Source: a virus. From it: a DNA stretch of 64,000 bases. The stretch covers positions 1-64,000 of the IMG/VR virus record IMGVR_UViG_3300044946_000048; one strand, written 5' to 3'. Shown one piece after another: positions 54,438 to 63,904 of this stretch; within the stretch, counting starts at the first letter, position 1; each line of letters begins with the position of its first letter. The notes beneath the pieces were generated by a model that was not told the DNA's origin, ran no database searches, and saw only the letters and a list, made by a program, of their open reading frames with translations. The position numbers and the translations under genes were made by a program.

Positions 54438-56675
54438 ATGCGTCAGGAATACCTATACCTAGACTTCGAAACTCGATCAGAGGCTGACTTACCAGAAGTC
54501 GGATTGCATAATTATTTCTTGCATCCGTCAGCTAAAGTTTTGATGCTCGCCTGGGCGTTCGACGATGAGGAGCCAGAACTGTGGTTCCCTAGTACGTCTA
54601 TGCCCGAACGTCTGCTAAACGGACTCCGCAATTCAAATATAAAGAAGGTCGCGTTTAATAGCGCGTTCGAACGTAATTGTCTTGATATCTTGTGTGGTAT
54701 CAAGATACCTGCCTCAGAATTTGAAGACCCACAAGCCAGTGCTCGATATCTAAGTCTGCCTGCTCACTTAAGTGAGGTGGGCGAGGCTCTCGGGCTCCCG
54801 TTAGAATTAACAAAAGACAAACAGGGTAAAGAATTGATGAAAATCTTTTCTTTCCCTCATACCCGCACCAAGAAAGACGGCGGAGGAACGTATTTCTACG
54901 AGCCTGCTGACCTACCTGAAGAATTCAAAGCCTACGGAGAATACTGCAAGCAGGATGTGCGCACAGAGCGTGAAGTTGTGCGCCGTCTCACTGCGTTCAA
55001 AGTGTTCCCATTACCTGAGCGAGAGCGAGCTATTTGGTTGTTTGACCAGAAGGTAAACGATAGAGGCATTCCCGTAGATAGGAAGTTTGTCGAAAACCTA
55101 TTTAGGATATCGGACAAAAACAAGGGTGAAAAGAAAGAAGAGCAGAATGCAGCCACGGGATTGGAGAACGCAAACTCTACAGACCAGTTGCTACCGTGGG
55201 TTCGTGAGCGAGGATATCCACTGAATAATCTCCGCAAGCAAAATATTGAGCTAGTTCTAAAAGACCCGGAAGTCAAATTAACACAGGAGTGCCGTGATGT
55301 TCTCGAAGCAAGAATGGAAGCAGGATCAATTTCTTACAAGAAGCTATCAGCTATTCTTAGGAACCTTTCTCCTGATGACCGCTTGCGTAACCAATTCATC
55401 TATATGGGTAGCAGTCGATGCGGAAGGTGGTCTGGGGATGCTGTTCAATTACACAATTTTGCGCGTCCAGACGGTACTTTTGAAGATTTGGATAATGTTA
55501 TCAAGGCTCGCAACTTCGTTTATCTCAATGATTACGAGAGCCTGACAAAGATATTCTATAATGAAAAGAAGAAGCGCAATTACAGTCCGCTAGAGATTTC
55601 GAGGAACATCATACGCACGGTGTTCGTTGCGCCCCCAGGCAAAAGGTATAACGTATGTGACCTGAACGCGATAGAAACGAGAGTAGGCGCATGGGTTGCA
55701 GAATGTCCTGCATTGCTCCAGGTCTTCCTGGATGGTAAGGACCCTTACGTAGAATTCGCCACGAAGATGACAGGCATTCTCTATGACGTAATCAAAGCGA
55801 ATCTGAAATCTCCGGACCCGGCAGTACGTGCTGCGGCAAAGAGGATGCGTCAGATTGCAAAGCCTGCCGTGCTCGGAGCCATCTATCGCTTGAGTGCTGG
55901 CGGTTGGGGATTCGATAAGAATCGAGACAGGATTAAGACGGGCATGTGGGGCTATGCCGAGAACATGGGCATTGACATGACCTTGGAGCAGTGCACGGAC
56001 GTTGTAAAAGTCTTCCGTGAATCCTATCCGGAGATATGTGCTCCACCTAGCAAGGAATTCCCTGACCGTCCAGTTGGAATTTGGTTCCGGTTGGAAGAGG
56101 CTGTCTTTGATGTACTCAAGGGCGGCAAACGGATGAAGAGATTCATCGGCCCGAACGGCTGCATCAAAATCGACAAACTTACACGTACAGAGCCGAACCT
56201 ACCGATTCTGCGTATTCAGCTTCCATCCGGAAGATACTTGCACTACATGGATGCAGGCATCCAGAACACGGCAAAGCCGTGGATGGTTAACAAGAAAGAC
56301 GAGTACGGACAGTACGTCAAAGACGAGCACGGTGAGAACGTGATGGAGCAGGCGCACGGTCCTAGCTTCACGTACTTTGGAAAGGATCAGCACACAGGCA
56401 TATGGACACTTATCGTAAGCCACGGGGGCAAAATATTCGAAAACATCGTGCAGGGCATCGCACGAGACGTGCTAGCGGACAAGCTGTTAGAATTCGAGTC
56501 CATTGGCCTGGAAGTAGTTGGACACGTTCACGACGAAGGGATTACGCTAAGCGACGACGATCCCTTTGCTCCAGGGTTGCTGGAGATGAAAGCAACCATG
56601 GATAGACCAGTAACCTGGGCATTGACTTTACCCTTGGGTAGTGACGGTTTTGAGGATACGTTCTATCACAAGTAG
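54438..56675 (+). CDS. DNA polymerase family A with 3'-5' exonuclease
   Basis: LDFETRS, FNSAFER, YCKQDV, GRWSG, DLNAIETR, RQIAK, ENIVQGIARD, HVHDE. Confidence 0.92.
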   Translation: MRQEYLYLDFETRSEADLPEVGLHNYFLHPSAKVLMLAWAFDDEEPELWFPSTSMPERLLNGLRNSNIKKVAFNSAFERNCLDILCGIKIPASEFEDPQASARYLSLPAHLSEVGEALGLPLELTKDKQGKELMKIFSFPHTRTKKDGGGTYFYEPADLPEEFKAYGEYCKQDVRTEREVVRRLTAFKVFPLPERERAIWLFDQKVNDRGIPVDRKFVENLFRISDKNKGEKKEEQNAATGLENANSTDQLLPWVRERGYPLNNLRKQNIELVLKDPEVKLTQECRDVLEARMEAGSISYKKLSAILRNLSPDDRLRNQFIYMGSSRCGRWSGDAVQLHNFARPDGTFEDLDNVIKARNFVYLNDYESLTKIFYNEKKKRNYSPLEISRNIIRTVFVAPPGKRYNVCDLNAIETRVGAWVAECPALLQVFLDGKDPYVEFATKMTGILYDVIKANLKSPDPAVRAAAKRMRQIAKPAVLGAIYRLSAGGWGFDKNRDRIKTGMWGYAENMGIDMTLEQCTDVVKVFRESYPEICAPPSKEFPDRPVGIWFRLEEAVFDVLKGGKRMKRFIGPNGCIKIDKLTRTEPNLPILRIQLPSGRYLHYMDAGIQNTAKPWMVNKKDEYGQYVKDEHGENVMEQAHGPSFTYFGKDQHTGIWTLIVSHGGKIFENIVQGIARDVLADKLLEFESIGLEVVGHVHDEGITLSDDDPFAPGLLEMKATMDRPVTWALTLPLGSDGFEDTFYHK

Positions 56676-56968
56676 TAAAAAGGAGAAACAAAATGAGTAA
56701 GCTCGTTGAAAGAGAAGTAAACGAAGCTACTTTTGAACTTATTCGAGAGGCTTACGATAAGTTTAAAGAAGCTTTGTTATTAACAGAACGCTGGTACGCA
56801 GGAAAAGATATGTCTGACGATGTTGTTAATCGGGAGGAATATCTTCAGTACTGGATGGAAGACATAAAGACTAGATGGTTGGATCGGCTTCAAAATACGC
56901 TAGCCAACCAAGGAAGTTTTTTGCCTTTTAAAATCGCTCCGGGAAGACGTAGAAATTAATACCAGCGG

Positions 56969-56990
56969 AGGGGCGGCGAAAGTCGCCCCT
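56969..56990 (+). terminator. GC-rich hairpin (putative terminator)
   Basis: AGGGGCGGC-GAAA-GTCGCCCCT after ORF 56693..56959; weak U tract. Confidence 0.45.
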
Positions 56991-57001
56991 TAAAATAAGA
57001 C

Positions 57002-57029
57002 TTGACAATGGTTTCAGGTATGATAAAAT
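57002..57029 (+). promoter_or_regulatory. Sigma70-type promoter
   Basis: TTGACA-N16-TAAAAT with extended TG. Confidence 0.6.
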
Positions 57030-57045
57030 CTAATTGGGGGATACA

Positions 57046-58212
57046 ATGAGTAAAAAGTTTGTTCCGATGTACGACCTTTCGTCTTTGACGGAAGAACAGA
57101 AGCAAAACTATGTGTTAGCACTGAATGAGCACCTGGGCTTACCGCCGGAATTAAGGCTCGTGCGACTAATCTGGGACGACGATGGAAGTACGTCCCGTAA
57201 GCAAGTTGCATATGTGTTGAAAGGGGGTACCGATATCATTCGAGACAATCGGAATATTAATACTGTGAGCCTGACAAACGTAGTAGTTAACGGCGCAATC
57301 GTTTTCACTGCCGCTGGTAAAGACGGCAATGGGCGGCATGAATATGCGGTAGGTGCAAAATCAATTGATGGGCTCGTAGGCAAGGCACTCGATGATAGTA
57401 TTATGACGGCGCAGACCAGAGCGACACGTAGAATGACGTTGCAGTTCGTCGGCGGAGGCGTGTTGGATGAGAGCGAAGTCAACCAGGCTACCACGAATCT
57501 GAATAGCCAGTCTACGCCGTTAGCAGAACTAGCCTTGGCCGCACCGCAACCAGTGGTAAAGGTGAACGATGCGCCAGGCGAAGATGTTACAGCCGCAGTC
57601 GAAATCGACAAGGCTGCTGTAGCGGCGAAAGAACAGATTGAATTCGAAGCGCAGCAAAAGAAGCGCCGTGACGAAGCCATCGCGTCCCTGAACGCAAAAC
57701 CAGCGGTAGAGCCGACAACGGAACCAAAGAAGCGTAGAACACGTGGCCCGAACAAACCGAAGCCAGCACTTACACCGAGCGATTTAGCAAATCAATTAGT
57801 GCTGACGATTCCACCTGCTGAACCCGTCGTAATGAGTCCCTCAGCAGCCGTGGCTCTAGGAACTGCACTACTGGAAAATGCCAAGCCCGATCCAACACAA
57901 GCAAATCCTGCTGTGCTAGCGCAAGTCATTCCTGCTAAAGGATTGACAACAGAGCAAGTTAAGCCTTACAGACAGCGTCTCTTCCGCTTGAACAATGACC
58001 ACTTCGAACAGAACGGTTTGATCCAGAAGGAAGGGCTCGGACGTTCTGAGCAGTTGAGGATGCTCGCAAGCATGATGTTCCCGGGCGTGGCCAATTTTAA
58101 TGAAATGACGGTCGAGCAGTGGGAGAAGTACCTCGGCAACCTTGAAGACCGCGTCAAGAAAGACGGCGCAGCCGAAACCGTGAAGTACATCCAAGAGTCT
58201 ATAGGAATATGA
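57046..58212 (+). CDS. Probable single-strand annealing recombinase
   Basis: MTAQTRATRRMTL...LDESEV resembles SSAP cores; next to the helicase and nuclease. Confidence 0.45.
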   Translation: MSKKFVPMYDLSSLTEEQKQNYVLALNEHLGLPPELRLVRLIWDDDGSTSRKQVAYVLKGGTDIIRDNRNINTVSLTNVVVNGAIVFTAAGKDGNGRHEYAVGAKSIDGLVGKALDDSIMTAQTRATRRMTLQFVGGGVLDESEVNQATTNLNSQSTPLAELALAAPQPVVKVNDAPGEDVTAAVEIDKAAVAAKEQIEFEAQQKKRRDEAIASLNAKPAVEPTTEPKKRRTRGPNKPKPALTPSDLANQLVLTIPPAEPVVMSPSAAVALGTALLENAKPDPTQANPAVLAQVIPAKGLTTEQVKPYRQRLFRLNNDHFEQNGLIQKEGLGRSEQLRMLASMMFPGVANFNEMTVEQWEKYLGNLEDRVKKDGAAETVKYIQESIGI

Positions 58213-58430
58213 AACACTATTCCTGGGACGAGGGTTTGGGGAAGACAGAAGTCTTCCCTGAACAAATGCGATATAACGCGGAGCACCAGATTCTGACCGT
58301 TATCTACACGGATGGTAGCTGCGTTCAGTATTCCGGTGTTCCGTCTACCGCGTCGTTTCTGGTTCCGAACAACCCTAGGCGCAATCGGGATTTCCTGCAA
58401 CTTCGAAGTCAATACACTGTGGTGGGATGA
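58209..58430 (+). CDS. KTSC-like small protein
   Basis: YNAEHQILTVIYTDGSCVQYSGVP. Confidence 0.55.
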   Translation: MKHYSWDEGLGKTEVFPEQMRYNAEHQILTVIYTDGSCVQYSGVPSTASFLVPNNPRRNRDFLQLRSQYTVVG

Positions 58431-60034
58431 TGGACTTAGACGTAAAACTGAACGAACAGCAGAAGGCTATCACAGAAGCGGTCGAGGGTGTCTACGTCGT
58501 AATCGCAGGTCCCGGTTCAGGGAAGACGAAGACACTGCTAGAACGTCATATCAGAATGCTAATGGCTGGCATCCAGCAGAAGGATATTCTAAACTTGACG
58601 TTTACGAGCGCAGCGGCGGCTGAGATGGTCAAGCGCGTGGGACTGATTCGGGCAGAGTCAGTCTTTAGAACCTTCCATAGCTTTGCATTGGAATTAATCA
58701 AGCGAGAGCGGGAATTTCTTCCGTTCAAGCTTAATGACCTTGTGATCCCCGTGAAAGGAGAAGACTATCAGTTGTTGTTCGACCTTACGAGGGAGTATGA
58801 ATTCGAAGATTTCAGATTGCTGAAAGAAAAGCTGTCTGAATGGAAGCGTAGTAATATAGAGCCTGAGCAGGCTATCAAGCGATTCGAATCCGTAGAAGGG
58901 GAATCACTTAGGCTGGCACAGGCATATCAAGAATACGAACAGCGGAGTCGCGAGCAGGGATGGTTAGACTTTGATTCCTTGATGCGAGAAGCTGTGAAAC
59001 TGATGGAGACAAACGACGATGTTAGAAAACGAAACCAAAAGAAATACATCGCAGTTGACGAATGCCAGGATACAGACATTACTCAATTCAGATTCTTGCA
59101 AGCCTTGTTTGCCGGAAACATCCTGGCTGTCGGAGACGAGAACCAGCTTATCTACGAGTGGCGGTCTGCCCAACCTGGAAATCTCTCGAACTTTAGCCGA
59201 TCATTTCTGGGTGCGAAGACCCTCTACCTGGGAAAGAATTACCGCAGCACGGGTGCACTTGTACGCTTTCTTAAAGAAATTCTACCAGTGGATAACGGGA
59301 TCGCATCGTATATGGTCACAGACAACCCCGAAGGCACCTCTCCTACCATTACCCGTTATACCGATCCGGACACCGAAGCCAGGAGGGTTCTCACCAAGGC
59401 AATCGTTGACGCGGATAACTCCGTTATCATTGCCAGAACCAACAGACAACTCTTCAACGTTCAACGAATCGCAGCGAGCCGAGGAATAAAATACAAAAAC
59501 CTAGGCAAGAAAGATTTCTGGGATCAGAACGAAGTGAAGTCTTTGATAGCGCACGCAAAAGAACATATTCATGAGCCAAACGCGGCTACGACATTAACTG
59601 GCCTAGCTACATCCTTGCATTACCGTTATCGTAACTCTGGAGACTTTGATTCTGACCCTATCGAGAATTTGAATCGTGTGGTTCAGTTGGCGCAGACGAA
59701 GGGCGGCTCGGTTGCGGAATTCTTAACGTATTTGAACAAGCTCACGCTCGCCAGGAAATCTCGCAAGGAAAAAGACCTCACGCTCGCCACGGTGCATCAG
59801 GCGAAGGGACAGGAGTGGAAGAACGTATTTGTTATCGGCGCAAAGGAAGGCATGATGCCGCATGCGGAAGGCGACGTAGCAGAAGAGAAGCGTATATTCT
59901 ATGTTGCATGCAGCCGGGCAGCAGAGAAGCTAGAAATAAGCTGGAGTGGACCGAGAAGCAGGTTCATCCCAGAAAAGTATGAAGCCGTATTGGAGAGAGG
60001 GGATGCCACACCTTTATGTCAACAGCAAGGGTAA
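58427..60034 (+). CDS. UvrD/Rep-family SF1 helicase
   Basis: AGPGSGKT, TFT..AA, TFHS, VDECQD, VGDENQLIY, NYRS, TVHQAKGQEW, YVACSRA. Confidence 0.93.
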   Translation: MMDLDVKLNEQQKAITEAVEGVYVVIAGPGSGKTKTLLERHIRMLMAGIQQKDILNLTFTSAAAAEMVKRVGLIRAESVFRTFHSFALELIKREREFLPFKLNDLVIPVKGEDYQLLFDLTREYEFEDFRLLKEKLSEWKRSNIEPEQAIKRFESVEGESLRLAQAYQEYEQRSREQGWLDFDSLMREAVKLMETNDDVRKRNQKKYIAVDECQDTDITQFRFLQALFAGNILAVGDENQLIYEWRSAQPGNLSNFSRSFLGAKTLYLGKNYRSTGALVRFLKEILPVDNGIASYMVTDNPEGTSPTITRYTDPDTEARRVLTKAIVDADNSVIIARTNRQLFNVQRIAASRGIKYKNLGKKDFWDQNEVKSLIAHAKEHIHEPNAATTLTGLATSLHYRYRNSGDFDSDPIENLNRVVQLAQTKGGSVAEFLTYLNKLTLARKSRKEKDLTLATVHQAKGQEWKNVFVIGAKEGMMPHAEGDVAEEKRIFYVACSRAAEKLEISWSGPRSRFIPEKYEAVLERGDATPLCQQQG

Positions 60035-61196
60035 ACCGTGGGTCAAGCACAGCTACTCAGCAGGAAATGATTTCGATCAGAGTCCGTATAAATACTATCT
60101 CCGTCGAATACTCGGATGGCGTGAGGCAGACAATAAGGCTCGATTTGCATTCGGCAAAGCACTTGAGGAGTCTGTTCAGTTTCATCATGAGCACAACGGA
60201 CAGGGAGCAGTGCAAGATTTCGTGTCTAGGTGGGAGCCGTGGAAAACTGCGTCTCTTAGCTACACGGCTGTAGAAAAGGATTGGGCTACCTGTTTACAAA
60301 TGGGTAAGGATATGATAAGGTTGTATCAAGCCATACAGCCGACGCTTCCAATACCTTTGGGCGGGAGCGCGATATTTCAAAGAGAGTACATGAAAGAGGT
60401 ATTTCCAAATGACCCGAGCTATGGCGGAATTAAAGATGCAGGCAAACTCGATATTGTTTGCTTTGTTGATCCTGCTCATCCTAGTCTTCCGAAGGTTGAG
60501 TGGAAGCCTGAATACGGCCTGGTGCGTCCTCTTATCGTGGATATCAAAACTTCGGCAATCGAATTTCCCGAGCAGCCCGGGATGGCAGCTTATGATGCGC
60601 AACTACGAAGATACTCATGGGTTTCGGGAATTCGAGATGTCTCCCTTTTATGGTTTAAAAAATCAGGATTGGGTTTCAAAAGAGGCTACGACGTTACCTT
60701 TATCGAACCCGCAGGCAGTTATGCTAGCGGTGAGCAAGCCGTCGTCGCTCAAGTCGATGGAGAGAATATCTGGGTATTCAAGTCCGAATTTATGCTATCC
60801 GAAATGGACAGGGCGCATGGCAAAAATGACAGCGGCGGAGTGGATCAGACAAAGGCAGGAAAAGAACGAGGGCAAGCCTTTCTTCATCAGCACGGGACAG
60901 CCGTGGCGATGGCGTCAGTAACAAGACAGAAGATACAGTTCAATGCAGGGCTCGTGACAAAGGCGTCCGCAGACGATGCGGGGCGACAAGCAGCCCGGCA
61001 GATTGTGGGGATTGTAAATGCCTGGAAGACAGGTGAGTGGCCGAACACTTTCGGCATTCGTTATCCCAAAGATGATCGTAATGATGCTTATTTCAGGGCG
61101 TTCGTTCAGGGCGATGAGGATTACCGTAAGCAAAACTTCACAAAAGCGGACGAGGAGTCATTTGACGACTTGTTCAGAGACGAGACAGAGCAATGA
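60003..61196 (+). CDS. PD-(D/E)XK nuclease (RecB/AddB-like)
   Basis: HSYS...FGKALEE; GKLD; IVDIKTS; QLRRY. Confidence 0.8.
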   Translation: MPHLYVNSKGKPWVKHSYSAGNDFDQSPYKYYLRRILGWREADNKARFAFGKALEESVQFHHEHNGQGAVQDFVSRWEPWKTASLSYTAVEKDWATCLQMGKDMIRLYQAIQPTLPIPLGGSAIFQREYMKEVFPNDPSYGGIKDAGKLDIVCFVDPAHPSLPKVEWKPEYGLVRPLIVDIKTSAIEFPEQPGMAAYDAQLRRYSWVSGIRDVSLLWFKKSGLGFKRGYDVTFIEPAGSYASGEQAVVAQVDGENIWVFKSEFMLSEMDRAHGKNDSGGVDQTKAGKERGQAFLHQHGTAVAMASVTRQKIQFNAGLVTKASADDAGRQAARQIVGIVNAWKTGEWPNTFGIRYPKDDRNDAYFRAFVQGDEDYRKQNFTKADEESFDDLFRDETEQ

Positions 61197-61465
61197 AAAT
61201 GAATGTATTTGTACCCACCTCAAGAGGCGGGAAATTCGGAACAGATCAACTCTATAGTTCCGTCACGGGGCAACAGATCAGCGGTCCTGAGAGTCCTGAG
61301 GATGAAATTATAACTGCGGTAGACGAGAGTAAGATGTCTCCGCAGAAGGTTCTGGCGCAACGGTTTCTCACATTCTTAGGAAACCATCGATTGAATATGA
61401 GGACGTTGAAAGAACTTCCGCCAGGAGAACAAGCAAGGCTTAAAAAAGAATTCTTAGGAGCGTAG

Positions 61466-61867
61466 TTGAGCACACGGGATACACTTTCCAGGTTGCGAGG
61501 CTCACTCGACGGCAGTGACAATTTTGTAAGTGGCGGACACGGCGTCATAAAGACTGCCGGAGCTACACGTCATGCTGAGAGAATGAGAAAGGTCCCCGTG
61601 TGGGCGTTGAGCGATGAGGAGATTAAGAAACTGGTCAAGCGATGCTATCCAGGACCGGGGCAGAGAGCGCAGGCTGCTCGGATGGTTGTCATTGTTTGCA
61701 GGTACTACAGGCTCGGGGATACCGCAGGAAAGATCGCCGGGGACTTGCAGATGACGCTAAAGGCCGTCGAGATGGTGCTGAGGAGAATCAATCGAACTGC
61801 TAGTCGCCCAGAGAAGCCAAGGGGCAGGCCGGAGAAAAATAGCGAGGGTATACAGGCATCTATGTAA
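61466..61867 (+). CDS. Sigma region 4-like HTH transcription regulator
   Basis: YYRLGDTAGKIAGDLQMTLKAVEMVLRRI. Confidence 0.55.
   Translation: MSTRDTLSRLRGSLDGSDNFVSGGHGVIKTAGATRHAERMRKVPVWALSDEEIKKLVKRCYPGPGQRAQAARMVVIVCRYYRLGDTAGKIAGDLQMTLKAVEMVLRRINRTASRPEKPRGRPEKNSEGIQASM
61836..61867 (+). promoter_or_regulatory. Phage-specific promoter-like motif
   Basis: AAAATAGCGAGGGTATACAGGCATCTATGTAA. Confidence 0.6.
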
Positions 61868-61914
61868 GCAGATACATATCGGGTTTCAGGCACAGCCATC
61901 AATCCCATTAAGCT

Positions 61915-62481
61915 ATGTTGTTGATTTCAGAGGGGATGATGGCTACAGTTAAAGTTTTGGTACACAAGTGCCTCCAGAAGATCGAAGGTTATATCCCGCC
62001 GGGCACTAGATGCGGATGCCGAAAGTGGATATCAGTTCCGAAGGCAGCGGTAATGGTCGAAGAGGGCGACGCGGCTTATGTCATTACAGAAATGCGAATC
62101 AGTGAGGTAGACGAGCCTTGTCATTTGTGTGGCAATATAGACGGGTTCAAGAAGTATTGCGGCGCGTGCCTCTCCATGGGGACCATTAAGGTCAGAAAGC
62201 TGTTCACAGTGCAAGGCGAAAACATTTATCTCACGTCAGCTAAGAAGACTCCTAGGACACCGACAATCGAACGAACGCATATCGAGCGTGCTTTCGGAAA
62301 GCAAGCAGACGTAGATCGAATCGAATACTACGGGAGTTTAGGAATCTTGCTGTTAGGCGAATTCGGCGCAGAAATAAGGGACGGTAAGACAGGAGAGATT
62401 GTCAAACCTGGCAAACCAGAGCCCGAGAACGACGCCAGTACTGGCACGGGCAGAGATTACGACTACGGGAGAAGCGTGTAA
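61915..62481 (+). CDS. Hypothetical Zn-finger protein
   Basis: CGC, CHLC and CGAC motifs. Confidence 0.55.
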   Translation: MLLISEGMMATVKVLVHKCLQKIEGYIPPGTRCGCRKWISVPKAAVMVEEGDAAYVITEMRISEVDEPCHLCGNIDGFKKYCGACLSMGTIKVRKLFTVQGENIYLTSAKKTPRTPTIERTHIERAFGKQADVDRIEYYGSLGILLLGEFGAEIRDGKTGEIVKPGKPEPENDASTGTGRDYDYGRSV

Positions 62482-62795
62482 TGGATAAAGCACAGTATCT
62501 ACTAATGAAACTCGCTGAGGAGTGTGCGGAAGTCGCACAGCGGGCCATCAAGCAGATGCAATTCGGCAAGCTGGAAGTTCAGCCGGGCCAGCCGCTAACA
62601 AATGGTGAGCGTTTGATGCAGGAAGTTAACGATCTAGGCGTCATACTCGAACTTCTAATCGAAGCAAAAGAAATGCCGGACTACAACGAAAGGGAACTGG
62701 AATGGGACAAGCTAAGAGAAACAAAGATCGCAAAAATGCAGAAATACTTGCAGCTATCAGCGGACTTGGGACGAATCAGGGGATTTCAGATTTAA
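62481..62795 (+). CDS. MazG-like helical protein
   Basis: KLAEECAEVAQ...K..FG...EVNDL. Confidence 0.65.
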   Translation: MDKAQYLLMKLAEECAEVAQRAIKQMQFGKLEVQPGQPLTNGERLMQEVNDLGVILELLIEAKEMPDYNERELEWDKLRETKIAKMQKYLQLSADLGRIRGFQI

Positions 62796-63093
62796 CTCCA
62801 GTCCAACAAGCTGTGGTTCGTGCGCTAACTCAGGTTGCGAAGCGCACTGTTTCCGGACGAATTGGCTTGAAGATGATTAAGTGCCCAGCTTGTAATACTC
62901 GGCACCGAGAGCCTCGTTGTGAACAGAGAGTTGTAGTACCAGCATTTCCGTCCAGGCATCCTAAGAAGGTTCGATTCAATCCGCACCTGAAGCACGGGAA
63001 GGTCGGACGGGCTCAAGCAATAATCGAACGAAACCGAATCGCGAATCGAGTGGCACGTCTTGCTAAGAAAGCGGCGGCGAAAGAAGTGGCACA

Positions 63094-63651
63094 ATGAGTG
63101 GATTTTACTTTTGGTTGTACAGTTTAATCGAGCCTCTTTACTTGTGGCTTGAGAGTCAGACAGAAGCAGCACAACGTGCAGCACAACGTGCAGCCGAGCG
63201 CAAGGCAGTACTCCTAGATGCAGAACAGCGACTGACCGCAGTTCGTATGCGCCGCCTGATGGGAACGCAGCCTTTAGGATCATGGCCGAACATATTTGAG
63301 AAACCCTGCAAACACTTAAAGGGTGGACGATACAGACTGCCGGGGCACAAAGATTATGCTACGTGGTGTTTTACTTTTGTTGATGGTTCGACGATAATTA
63401 AGTGTGCGATTTGTGGAGAGAAATGGACACCACAGAGTCCGGATTGGGCCGACGCAATAAAAATGATGGAGCAATCAACGAACACACGCTGTTCTTCAGA
63501 AGTGATTTACAGCAAACTATTATATTCGGATGGGAAGACTAGAACACCCGAAGAGGCAAAGGCCGAAGGACTCGCTACCTCCTATTCGGAGCAAGAAGAA
63601 AAGAACGCAAAAATAGTTGTTGACAAAGAAGCCGAGAAAGCGGTAGAATGA
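63094..63651 (+). CDS. Hypothetical Zn-binding protein (paralog of 8764..9393)
   Basis: CKHLKG...DY...FTFVDG...CAICGEKW...SSEV. Confidence 0.65.
   Translation: MSGFYFWLYSLIEPLYLWLESQTEAAQRAAQRAAERKAVLLDAEQRLTAVRMRRLMGTQPLGSWPNIFEKPCKHLKGGRYRLPGHKDYATWCFTFVDGSTIIKCAICGEKWTPQSPDWADAIKMMEQSTNTRCSSEVIYSKLLYSDGKTRTPEEAKAEGLATSYSEQEEKNAKIVVDKEAEKAVE
63620..63649 (+). promoter_or_regulatory. Sigma70-type promoter for the Y RNA / Ro60 unit
   Basis: TTGACA-N18-TAGAAT ending 7 nt before the first Y RNA-like stem. Confidence 0.65.
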
Positions 63652-63656
63652 TTTTA

Positions 63657-63727
63657 GTGCGGATGCCGTAGGCCAAGGTTACTTCTACGATAAAGGAAAA
63701 ACACCTTGTCCGTTTGTTGCCCCGCAC
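63657..63727 (+). ncRNA. Minimal Y RNA-like molecule
   Basis: GTGCGGA-TGCCGTAG-GCCAAGG-TTACTTC-loop-CCTTGTC-CGT-TTGTTGC-CCCGCAC. Confidence 0.7.
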
Positions 63728-63747
63728 ACAAGTTTAGATGTAAAAGT

Positions 63748-63885
63748 TTGACGAGTACCGTAGATTGGGGTTACTTCTGACTACGAATCAGATAGTGTAG
63801 GTTCGAATCCTGCGGCTCATCCTCATGATGAGTCTAGTGTAATGGTAGCACATCCCGTTACTTCAATCGCTTGTCGTCTCGTCAA
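63748..63885 (+). ncRNA. YrlA-type Y RNA with permuted tRNA-like domain
   Basis: Terminal stem TTGACGAG/CTCGTCAA; anticodon-like arm (CTACGAA), T-arm GTAGGTTCGAATCCTGC, closed acceptor-like stem, then D-arm AGTGTAATGGTAGCAC. Confidence 0.82.
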
Positions 63886-63904
63886 TTAGCTCATGAGGAT
63901 GAAC

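Noticed and set aside
40636-56675. Z-base (diaminopurine) genome pathway
   Set aside because: HD, MazG and PolA are present but no PurZ/PurA-like gene is in the window, and these families are common in ordinary phages.
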